This document shows, piece after piece, positions 29,308 through 36,942 of a stretch of 47,388 nt of DNA; position 1 is the stretch's first letter, and every line of letters begins with the position of its first letter. The translations under genes were made by a program, and so were the position numbers. The DNA is taken from the NCBI GenBank assembly GCA_002708205.1, contig PAMR01000034.1, positions 17,617 to 65,004 of the forward strand. Reading direction: 5' to 3'. The notes below the pieces were generated by a model that worked only from the letters and a program-made list of their open reading frames with translations, was not told where the DNA came from and did no database searches. This DNA comes from Gammaproteobacteria bacterium (lineage in GTDB: Bacteria; Pseudomonadota; Gammaproteobacteria; Pseudomonadales; Azotimanducaceae).

Positions 29308-30375
29308 TTATAGCGCTGATCCTACTGCATCAATAAATTCCGTGGTGGTCGCGTTTCCGCCTTGGTCTGGAGTAAGCACAGCCCCTTCTGCGAATACTCG
29401 AAAGACAGCTTTTTCTATCTTCTCGGCCTCGTGCGAAAATCCTAAATATTCGAGCATCATAGTACTTGTTAGTAATGCGGCTGTTGGATTAATAATATTC
29501 TGGCCGGCTATGTCGGGCGCTGTACCGTGTGCTGGCTCGAAGTAAGCATAGTGGTCGCCATATATACCACTGGCTGCCAGACCTAAGCTTCCTACCAAGC
29601 CGCCAGCGGCATCAGATAGTATGTCTCCGTAAAGATTAGGCATAACGATTACGTCATATTTTTGGGGTTCACGAATTAGACGACACGCGAAGTCATCTAC
29701 GATATACGTTTCGAACTCAACATCGGTATAGTCTTTCGCTACTTCGGTTGCTATATCGAGGAACAGTCCGTCGCTTTGGCGAAGCATGTTATGTTTTTGA
29801 GTGCTCGTGACTTTCGGAGAGCCTTCCCGAGTTTTTGCTCTTTTTCGAGCAAGTTCAAAAGAGAAACGAACAACTCGTTCTGTGCCTTCCTCGGTAATAG
29901 CCTTAATGGCATAGCGCCCCTTACCAAGTTCATGTATCGGTTGACGAATATTTCGACCTGAGAGCGACAGAGGGGCTAGATCTTCCAAAGGTCCTTCGAC
30001 ACCAACGTAAAGGTCTTCAAGATTCTCTCGAACGATTGCGAAATCTATACCCTCAGGATTAGCAAGTGGACTGGCACATCCAGGAATATAAACGCAGGGT
30101 CGCACATTGGCGTAAGTTTCTTTCCCCCAACGCAAGTACATGAGAGAGGCTCCCGATTTCCCACTGGTTGAACCGAAAAACGTCGTATCTGCTCTATCGA
30201 TGATCGCTTTAGCTTCGTCGGGGAAAACTGACCCGGTTTTTTCTTCGGCGATTTCTCCAACTTCTGGATAGACAAATTCGAGGCCAATATTTAGTGATTC
30301 CAATAGGGAGACCACCGGCTTCATAGCTTCAGGAGCGGCATCGTCTCCTTCAATTACGGCAATTGTTTTGATCAT
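29308..30375 (-). CDS. Isocitrate/isopropylmalate/tartrate dehydrogenase family beta-decarboxylating dehydrogenase
   Basis: IAVIEGDDAAPEAM, NLYGDILSD and HGTAPDIAGQNIINPTA. ATG 30375 is preceded by GGAGG; the ORF opens at 30411. Confidence 0.85.
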   Translation of the reverse strand: MIKTIAVIEGDDAAPEAMKPVVSLLESLNIGLEFVYPEVGEIAEEKTGSVFPDEAKAIIDRADTTFFGSTSGKSGASLMYLRWGKETYANVRPCVYIPGCASPLANPEGIDFAIVRENLEDLYVGVEGPLEDLAPLSLSGRNIRQPIHELGKGRYAIKAITEEGTERVVRFSFELARKRAKTREGSPKVTSTQKHNMLRQSDGLFLDIATEVAKDYTDVEFETYIVDDFACRLIREPQKYDVIVMPNLYGDILSDAAGGLVGSLGLAASGIYGDHYAYFEPAHGTAPDIAGQNIINPTAALLTSTMMLEYLGFSHEAEKIEKAVFRVFAEGAVLTPDQGGNATTTEFIDAVGSAL

Positions 30376-30428
30376 GTTCCCTCCAGCTGTCATTCTGCCG
30401 GTATGAAACACTAGAAGGAACCGTAAAC

Positions 30429-31091
30429 GTGAATCAAGTTCGGGTTTTTATTTGGCTTTTTGGGGCCATAGCCGGTTTTTCACATGCAGCACTGAACACC
30501 GAGGATAAGAATTTAATTGTTTCAGCGGCCTCAAAAGCGGGAGGAGAAGAAAATGAGTCATGCTCCTATACGACACGCCGTAATGACGGCAAAACAGTAC
30601 AGGAGGAGCGCTATAACGCTGGCGCGGAGAATCCTTGGCGATTATTGACGGTGGACGGAAAACTCGCGACTACTAAGCAGAAAGAAAGTTATAAGTCTGA
30701 GTACCGAGGCAACCATCCCGCCTCACTGGGCCTTGATGACTTGGACTTTACTGAGTTTTCTCGAGTAGAAAGTGCGGATGATGTCGCTGTGTTTACCTTT
30801 GTTCCGAAAGAGAACGGCGAAGTCATGGACGAAGCAATCAGGGGGGAAATGATAGTCGATCTCACGACAGAGACCGTCACTAGTATGGAAGTTAAAACTA
30901 TCAAACCATTTTCTCGTGCGATGGTGTTTAAGATGAATGCTTTTCGCCAGTTCTTTGAACTCGGCTACGATGAAGAGGTGGGTGCTGTGGTTATGCAGAA
31001 TCTCGATATGGAGATGCGAGGCAAAGCAATGCTCAAGAAGATTGAAGTAGCGTTCAATATGCAATTCTTTGATTTTGATTGTCCGCGATGA
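30429..31091 (+). CDS. Hypothetical secreted protein
   Basis: 220 aa, GTG start, signal-peptide-like VRVFIWLFGAIAGFSHAAL. No family recognised. Confidence 0.55.
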   Translation: MNQVRVFIWLFGAIAGFSHAALNTEDKNLIVSAASKAGGEENESCSYTTRRNDGKTVQEERYNAGAENPWRLLTVDGKLATTKQKESYKSEYRGNHPASLGLDDLDFTEFSRVESADDVAVFTFVPKENGEVMDEAIRGEMIVDLTTETVTSMEVKTIKPFSRAMVFKMNAFRQFFELGYDEEVGAVVMQNLDMEMRGKAMLKKIEVAFNMQFFDFDCPR

Positions 31092-31438
31092 CTCAAACAC
31101 TCGACTCATTAAAGGCAGCCGTTGAAACGTTTTCAATAGAGCGTGATTGGAAACAGTTTCACACCCCGAAAAATTTATCGATGGCTCTTTCTGTAGAAGC
31201 TTCTGAATTAGTAGAAATATTTCAATGGTTAACCCCAGAACAGAGCGCTGGATTAAGTCCAAAACTACGCGGGGCTGTCGCCGATGAGCTGGCGGATACA
31301 TTGATTTATTTAGTTCAAATAGCAAATCAATTGGACATCGACTTGTTAGATTCCGCTTTCGAGAAATTAGACAAGAATAGGTTGAAGTACCCGATCGAGA
31401 AATCTCGTGGTAAAGCTCTGAAGTATAGCGATTTATAA
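31088..31438 (+). CDS. MazG-like nucleotide pyrophosphohydrolase (small, dCTPase/YpjD-like)
   Basis: FSIERDWKQFHTPKNLSMALSVEASELVEIFQW and ELADTLIYLVQIAN. ATG 31088 forms an ATGA overlap with the upstream stop. Confidence 0.8.
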   Translation: MTQTLDSLKAAVETFSIERDWKQFHTPKNLSMALSVEASELVEIFQWLTPEQSAGLSPKLRGAVADELADTLIYLVQIANQLDIDLLDSAFEKLDKNRLKYPIEKSRGKALKYSDL

Positions 31439-31451
31439 ATTTTATCAGTCA

Positions 31452-31802
31452 ATGCTTGGTTCAATACTACATCTGATTTTGCATTTGATAATCCCAGCAG
31501 TGGTTGCCTTAGTTTGGTCAAATTGGCCCCATTCTAGATGGGGTGGACGAGGACTACAGTTGTACGGTCTGATGTTATTAACAATGGCTGTTGACATAGA
31601 TCACCTGTTAGCTGACCCGATTTACGATCCAAATCGCTGTAGTTTGGGATTTCACCCCCTACATACATTTGGGCCGATTCTGCTGTATTTTGTTTTATGT
31701 CGATGGTCTTCATTACGGCCTATTGGCGTGGGGCTAATCGTTCACATGATTCTCGATTCATTGGATTGCTACCGACTGATGGGTCGTTGGTATATGAATT
31801 AA
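31452..31802 (+). CDS. Small integral membrane protein with DIDH motif (DUF6122 / YdjM-like?)
   Basis: 116 aa, hydrophobic helices, AVDIDHLLADP. Family call is tentative. Confidence 0.55.
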   Translation: MLGSILHLILHLIIPAVVALVWSNWPHSRWGGRGLQLYGLMLLTMAVDIDHLLADPIYDPNRCSLGFHPLHTFGPILLYFVLCRWSSLRPIGVGLIVHMILDSLDCYRLMGRWYMN

Positions 31803-31863
31803 GAGCTGAAGAAAGCTAGACTCCCGTTATTGATAGTCATCGGGCTCAAACATAGGAGCAATT

Positions 31864-33558
31864 ATGAGTTACGACTTGGTGGTAAAGGATGGAACAGTCA
31901 TTGACGGCTCCGGCCAACCCGGATATCGAGCGGATATAGGCATAAAGAATGGAAAAATATGGTCGATTGGTCGAATAACTGAGCCGGCGAAGCAAGAGAT
32001 TGACGCCGAAGGTCATGTCGTTTCGCCTGGATTCATTGATGGTCATACGCATATGGATGCTCAGATATTTTGGGATCATCTGGGTTCATGTTCTTGCTAT
32101 CACGGAGTCACTAGTGTGGTCATGGGAAACTGTGGCTTTACTATCGCTCCATGCAAGGAGGCAGATGCATCCTACGTTTTTAAAAATCTTGAACGTGCGG
32201 AAGATATATCTCCGGAAGCCATGAAGGCCGGAATAAATTGGTCATGGGAGACTTTCCCTGAATTTCTCGATACGTTGGATCGTTTGCCCAAGGGGATTAA
32301 CTATGCGGGATATATCGGGCATTCGGCAATGCGTACATATGTGATGGGAGAACGAGCTTTCACTGAGAAAGCTGATGAAGATGAATTGAAACGTATGTGT
32401 GAAATTGCGAAGGAGGCTGTCCAAGCCGGCGCGATAGGCTTTTCTACTTCCCGCACACCCAATCATGTAACTCCTGATGATCTGCCTGTGGCAAGCAGGG
32501 TTGCTGATTGGCGAGAAGTGCAAGCGATCGTTAATGCCGTTGGCGAGACGGGTCGCGGCATTTTTGAGATAGCGGGAGAGCATGTAGGACGTGATCCTAA
32601 GCGTATTCGAGAGTACCACGAGCGATTGCGAGATCTCGCGGTCGAATCGGGGGTGCCGCAAACATGGGGTATGTTCAGTACAAGGCGAGCTCCAGATCTT
32701 TGGCGACCCTATTTTGATTTGTTGGATGAAACATCGGCGGCTGGCGGAAAGATATTTGCTCAGGTGCATTCGCGTCAGCTGAATACGATGTTGTCCTTTG
32801 AAACTCAATTGCCGTTTGACAAATGGGACGTATGGAAAGATCTGCGATCGTTACCGCTTGGTGAACAAAAGCAAAAATTACGGGATCCCGAGCTACGAGC
32901 GAAACTCGTTGAAGTGGCCAGTGGTAGTGCTCCCGAGATCAATCTGGTCGGTGTTGAAGCTCGTCCACCGGATTACGATCACTTATATATCGTTGATTCC
33001 ATGTACGGTGAACAGCGGTTGTTGGTTGATGTTGCGAAGGAAAGGGGTATGGATCCTGTAGATCTCATGATCGAGCTCGCCTTGCAAAAAGATTTGAAGC
33101 AGTTTTTTCGACAACCGGCGGCGAATGAAAATCAAGATCATGTGTTGGAAATGATGAAACATCCTAGGTCGGTGGTGACATTTTCCGACTCTGGGGCTCA
33201 TGTATCGCAAATTATGGATAGTTCACTTCAAACGCACGTATTGGCGCACTGGGTACGTGAAAAAGAGGCCTTTACGCTGGAGGAAGCGATAAAACAGCTT
33301 ACATTGATTCCGGCGACCCACTGGGGAATGCATGATCGTGGAATGATTCGAGAAGGCTTGAATGCGGATCTGATTGTTTTTAATCCAGACACCATTGGGC
33401 CCAGCATGCCTGAAGTCGTGTTTGATCTACCTTCGGGTGCAAAGCGCCTGAAACAAACCGCTGATGGGATCAAGCATAGCATCGTGAACGGTGAAGTTTT
33501 TTTAACCGATAATGAGCATTCTGGATCGCACAGTGGAAAGATTTTTCGTGGAGTCTAA
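31864..33558 (+). CDS. N-acyl-D-amino-acid deacylase (D-aminoacylase) family amidohydrolase
   Basis: YDLVVKDGTVIDGSG...GHVVSPGFIDGHTHMD. 564 aa. AGGAG precedes the start. Confidence 0.8.
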   Translation: MSYDLVVKDGTVIDGSGQPGYRADIGIKNGKIWSIGRITEPAKQEIDAEGHVVSPGFIDGHTHMDAQIFWDHLGSCSCYHGVTSVVMGNCGFTIAPCKEADASYVFKNLERAEDISPEAMKAGINWSWETFPEFLDTLDRLPKGINYAGYIGHSAMRTYVMGERAFTEKADEDELKRMCEIAKEAVQAGAIGFSTSRTPNHVTPDDLPVASRVADWREVQAIVNAVGETGRGIFEIAGEHVGRDPKRIREYHERLRDLAVESGVPQTWGMFSTRRAPDLWRPYFDLLDETSAAGGKIFAQVHSRQLNTMLSFETQLPFDKWDVWKDLRSLPLGEQKQKLRDPELRAKLVEVASGSAPEINLVGVEARPPDYDHLYIVDSMYGEQRLLVDVAKERGMDPVDLMIELALQKDLKQFFRQPAANENQDHVLEMMKHPRSVVTFSDSGAHVSQIMDSSLQTHVLAHWVREKEAFTLEEAIKQLTLIPATHWGMHDRGMIREGLNADLIVFNPDTIGPSMPEVVFDLPSGAKRLKQTADGIKHSIVNGEVFLTDNEHSGSHSGKIFRGV

Positions 33559-33602
33559 ATAGCGATTCCATTTCGTTTTTTCTTTCGGGGGGGAGGAAAA
33601 TA

Positions 33603-35039
33603 ATGTCGCAAGCAGAAGTATTGAGATCAAAGTTAGATCATCCGGTGATCGATGCGGATGGCCATTGGTTGGAGTACGGTCCAATCCTATCGGCTGCTTT
33701 GGAGAAGATAGGAGGTCAGGACGCCATTCGTGGATTGCAGATGGGTGGAACACGGGTACGCCAATCGCTGCAAATGACACCTAATGAACGCCGACATGCG
33801 CATGTTCCGCAAGAAGCGTTCTGGGGAGCCCCGACAAAAAATACACGTGATCGAGCCACGGCCATGATGCCTAAACTGATGTATGAACGGCTCGACGAAT
33901 TTGGGATTGATTTTTCTGTTCTGTTTCCAACGATGGGATTGGGATTTCCCAGGATAGATGACGGAGAAGCGCGGCGAGCTCTTTGTAAGGCGTTTAACAT
34001 TTACTGTGCCGAACTTTTTGAACCGTTTAAGGATCGAATGACTCCAGCCGCGGTCATTCCTATGCATAATCCGGAGGAAGCGATCGCGGAATTGGAACAC
34101 GCTGTCGGTCAGCTCGGTCTTAAAGCGGTGACAATGAATAGCTTGATTGAACGTCCTGTAGAGGAAATTAAGGAGAAGCGGCCCGATTCCTCCGATCTAG
34201 CAAAGTGGTTTGACGTGATCGGGATTGATAGTGCCTATAATTACGATCCCGTATGGGAGACATGTCGAGAACTAGGAGTATCCCCGACATTTCATAGAGG
34301 GTCTCGCGGTAAAGCACTACGAGTGTCACCAAGTAATTTTTGCTACAACCATATTGGGCATTTTGCAGCCGCAGGAGAAGCGACCTGTAAAGCTCTTTTC
34401 TTGGGTGGTGTCACTCGACGATTCCCCGATCTAAATTTTGCCTTGCTGGAAGGTGGTGTCGGGTATGCCTGCCTGTTATATGCCGATCTGATAGGACATT
34501 GGAATATTCGCAATGGCGATGCCCTCGATTATACGGACCCCGCGAATCTCGACCTGGGGCTCCTGCAAGAGTTGTCAGAAAAATATGCCGGATCGGACAT
34601 GCAGACGGCCATCAAAGCGAGGAAAGGCCTGAGTACCCGCAATGATGATTCAACGACGGGTGCTATTAGCAACCTGGATGACTACTCGGCGTGTGAGATC
34701 GAGTCAGCGAGCGATATCAAATCGTTATTTGTGGATCGTTTTTATTTTGGATGCGAAGCGGATGATTCAACGAACGCTTGGGCATTCGATACAAAAAATA
34801 ATCCGTTTAACGCTGAGTTGAAAACGCTCTTTGGCTCAGATGTCGGTCATTTTGATGTGCAGGATATGGCAGGTGTTCTTCCTGAAGCATATGAGCTAGT
34901 TGAAGAGAGTAAAATGACTCTTGATGATTTTCGCCATTTTGTTTTCGAAAATCCGGTCCGTTTTTGGGGTGAAACAAATCCGCGATTTTTTGCGGGGACA
35001 CGTGTAGAAAAGGAAGCGCTGGCCGTCTTGAGAAGTTAG
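33603..35039 (+). CDS. Amidohydrolase_2 (ACMSD-like TIM-barrel metal hydrolase/decarboxylase) family protein
   Basis: VIDADGHWLEY N-terminal metal motif. 478 aa. GGAGG precedes the start. Confidence 0.75.
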   Translation: MSQAEVLRSKLDHPVIDADGHWLEYGPILSAALEKIGGQDAIRGLQMGGTRVRQSLQMTPNERRHAHVPQEAFWGAPTKNTRDRATAMMPKLMYERLDEFGIDFSVLFPTMGLGFPRIDDGEARRALCKAFNIYCAELFEPFKDRMTPAAVIPMHNPEEAIAELEHAVGQLGLKAVTMNSLIERPVEEIKEKRPDSSDLAKWFDVIGIDSAYNYDPVWETCRELGVSPTFHRGSRGKALRVSPSNFCYNHIGHFAAAGEATCKALFLGGVTRRFPDLNFALLEGGVGYACLLYADLIGHWNIRNGDALDYTDPANLDLGLLQELSEKYAGSDMQTAIKARKGLSTRNDDSTTGAISNLDDYSACEIESASDIKSLFVDRFYFGCEADDSTNAWAFDTKNNPFNAELKTLFGSDVGHFDVQDMAGVLPEAYELVEESKMTLDDFRHFVFENPVRFWGETNPRFFAGTRVEKEALAVLRS

Positions 35040-35102
35040 GGAGCCGTGATCCAAGAAATATCGGTTGCGAAGCATCTTTTCATTTCATGAATAAAGAAAA
35101 AG

Positions 35103-35179
35103 TGGCGCGCCCACAGGGACTCGAACCCCGAACCCCCAGGTTCGAAGCCTGGTGCTCTATCCAGTTGAGCTACGGGCGC
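35103..35179 (-). tRNA. tRNA-Arg (anticodon UCG), CCA encoded
   Basis: The reverse complement folds as a 77-nt cloverleaf. Acceptor GCGCCCG/UGGGCGC; D arm GCUC-AACUGGAUA-GAGC; anticodon arm CCAGG-CUUCGAA-CCUGG; T arm CGGGG-UUCGAGU-CCCUG; discriminator G plus CCA. Confidence 0.9.
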
Positions 35180-35255
35180 ACAATGTATTGCTGCCTAGTA
35201 TATCAAGGACGGCGGTTCAACGACATTTCCTATACGGTTAAAGATTGGAAAACAG

Positions 35256-35332
35256 CTCTTCGATAGTAGGTAATTCGAATACGGAGTGACTTTTCGTGGT
35301 CGCCGAAATTCGATGTGAGTTTCATCGAAGAG
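35256..35332 (+). other. 77-nt imperfect inverted repeat / potential RNA hairpin of unknown function
   Basis: CTCTTCGAT (35256-35264) is the exact reverse complement of ATCGAAGAG (35324-35332). Inner helices are TCGAAT/ATTCGA (35275-35280 / 35308-35313) and CGG/CCG (35282-35284 / 35303-35305). Confidence 0.3.
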
Positions 35333-35513
35333 GTAAGTCTTAAGTATCGTATTGTTAATACGTCCGTTAGTTTGAGTAAAAATTAACTTTCGAAATCCGT
35401 TTCTTCGCGAGTATGACACCCAGAGTGCGCATAAATCTGCCGGGATGAATTATTAAGGACAAAGCCCGTGCTATTCTTGACCACCAGAAAAGTGGTTACG
35501 AAATAGGATACTT

Positions 35514-36614
35514 ATGGAGTTCAACGAGGTCGAAGAAGCGATCTCTGCGGTAGCGTCAGGGCAGCTAGTCGTAGTGGTTGATGACGACGATCGTGAAAAC
35601 GAAGGCGATTTAATAATGGCTGCTTCCAAGGCGACGCCAGAACAGATCGCTTTCATGATCAGACACACTAGCGGTATTCTGTGTACGCCACTCACTGAGG
35701 AACATGCTAAACGGCTCAACCTCGAGCCTATGGTTGCGCGGAATGATGCTCCACTATCGACAGCATTTACTGTCAGCGTTGATTATAAGCAAAACCTTAC
35801 CACTGGCATTTCTGCCGAAGAGCGAGCCTCAACCGCTCTCGCGCTGTCGACGAATAATGCGCAAGCATCAGACTTTGTGAGACCGGGACATATCTTTCCA
35901 TTGGTGGGCAGAAAAGGGGGTGTGCTGGTTCGGTCAGGGCATACAGAAGCAGCAATCGATTTATCTGAGGCGGCCGGTTGTGCACCGGTGGGTTTACTTG
36001 CGGAAATAGTTAATGACGATGGGACGGTGAAACGTTTGCCGCAACTTATCGACTTTGCCAAGGAACACGAACTTCTAATTATTTCCATAGCCGATTTGAT
36101 TGCGTATCGACAACGGAGAGAACAGTTAGTAGAGCGCACTTTAGAATTTGGAATTAATACGCGAATTGGCAAGGCTAAAGCCTATGCGTATCGCACGAAA
36201 TTTGAGGACGCTGAACATTTGGCGTTGGTTTTTGGGGATATTTCTAGAAGTGAAGCATTACCGGTTCGAATACATCGTGAAAAGCTAATTGATGATGTTT
36301 TCGGCTCACAGACGGCCCACGATACGAACTTGCTAGATGCTGCTTTGGATCGCATTCAAAATCTAGGGGGAGGTATCTTGATTTATCTTCGTAGCGGATT
36401 TGTAGGGGTGCCCCATGAAAAGCTCAGCGATTCTGGAGAAACGTCCAGGGAGACTGCGCGACAGGCGGAGTGGCTTGAAATAGGCGTTGGTGCTCAGATT
36501 CTGCGTGACCTCGGAGCTCGAAAAATTCGAATCATCTCAGGTCGAGAGGTCGGTTATGTAGGCCTCGATGGCTTTGGCATTGCTGTTAGTGGGATGGAAC
36601 TACTAAACGACTAA
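35514..36614 (+). CDS. ribB: 3,4-dihydroxy-2-butanone-4-phosphate synthase fused to a degenerate GTP cyclohydrolase II-like domain (RibBX type)
   Basis: N-domain VVVVDDDDRENEGDLIMAA...IRHTSGILC. The C-domain aligns with RibA (HLALVFGDIS), but the three Zn-ligand Cys are replaced: IHREKLIDD for VHSECLTGD, and QTAHDT for LRCDCG. Confidence 0.85.
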   Translation: MEFNEVEEAISAVASGQLVVVVDDDDRENEGDLIMAASKATPEQIAFMIRHTSGILCTPLTEEHAKRLNLEPMVARNDAPLSTAFTVSVDYKQNLTTGISAEERASTALALSTNNAQASDFVRPGHIFPLVGRKGGVLVRSGHTEAAIDLSEAAGCAPVGLLAEIVNDDGTVKRLPQLIDFAKEHELLIISIADLIAYRQRREQLVERTLEFGINTRIGKAKAYAYRTKFEDAEHLALVFGDISRSEALPVRIHREKLIDDVFGSQTAHDTNLLDAALDRIQNLGGGILIYLRSGFVGVPHEKLSDSGETSRETARQAEWLEIGVGAQILRDLGARKIRIISGREVGYVGLDGFGIAVSGMELLND

Positions 36615-36622
36615 TTACCTGC

Positions 36623-36865
36623 TTAGTTCTTTCGATAATGAAATCCGCGGAAATTTCCGCAAGAACCTGTATACACAATACGAATATCGTTGGTTTTTCG
36701 GCCACAGTTAATGCACCGAACACGCTTCCTAATTTTCGCAATGGGATAGTCTTTACTGTGCGCAGCAGTGAGGCGACGGATGTCTAGAACCTCTGTACGA
36801 TGACATAACGTGCAAACACCGAATAGTTCGTACGTATTGAGCAGTTCGGCAAGCGTTTTTGGCAT
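36623..36865 (-). CDS. Hypothetical 80-aa basic zinc-ribbon-like protein (CxxC...CxxC), candidate SOS-regulated gene
   Basis: ATG-initiated ORF with C18xxC21, C51xxC54 and C69; 16 Lys/Arg against 6 Asp/Glu; no hydrophobic segment. There is no Shine-Dalgarno, and the LexA box abuts the ATG. Coding status unproven. Confidence 0.5.
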   Translation of the reverse strand: MPKTLAELLNTYELFGVCTLCHRTEVLDIRRLTAAHSKDYPIAKIRKRVRCINCGRKTNDIRIVYTGSCGNFRGFHYRKN

Positions 36866-36884
36866 ACTGTATATATATACAGTA
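36865..36884. promoter_or_regulatory. LexA (SOS) box, perfect palindrome TACTGTATATATATACAGTA
   Basis: Exact match to the E. coli-type consensus (CTGT-N8-ACAG core within a 20-nt perfect palindrome). It lies in the 77-bp divergent spacer between the zinc-ribbon ORF and the PdxA-like gene. Confidence 0.8.
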
Positions 36885-36942
36885 TTTCAATTATCATTGC
36901 GCGATGGTCTGAATAAGAGATGGTTTTGAGAGGGAAGGTGAG

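Noticed and set aside
30723-31325. 200-aa ORF on the minus strand spanning the secreted-protein and MazG-like genes
   Set aside because: The plus-strand MazG-like motifs are unambiguous, and the upstream plus-strand ORF has a signal peptide and an ATGA coupling. The antisense translation has no recognisable features.
32242-32808. 188-aa antisense ORF inside the D-aminoacylase gene. Similar cases: 25585-26079 in the acyl-CoA dehydrogenase, 22155-22667 in the CinA-like gene, and 33687-34100 in the amidohydrolase_2 gene.
   Set aside because: Each lies wholly inside a gene with strong family motifs on the other strand and shows no motifs or plausible translation signals of its own.
35180-35513. 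FMN (RFN) riboswitch upstream of ribB
   Set aside because: Only isolated partial matches (GGACGGCGGUU, ACGGUUAAAGAUUGGA, AAAGCCCGUG) appear, in the wrong order and spacing for the six-helix RFN aptamer. A covariance-model scan would be decisive, but by eye it is not there.
35040-36942. tRNA-Arg as an integration site for a genomic island or prophage remnant carrying the LexA-box ORF
   Set aside because: No integrase, excisionase, transposase or phage gene lies nearby. I did not see a direct repeat of the tRNA 3-prime end. The housekeeping ribB gene lies between the tRNA and the ORF.
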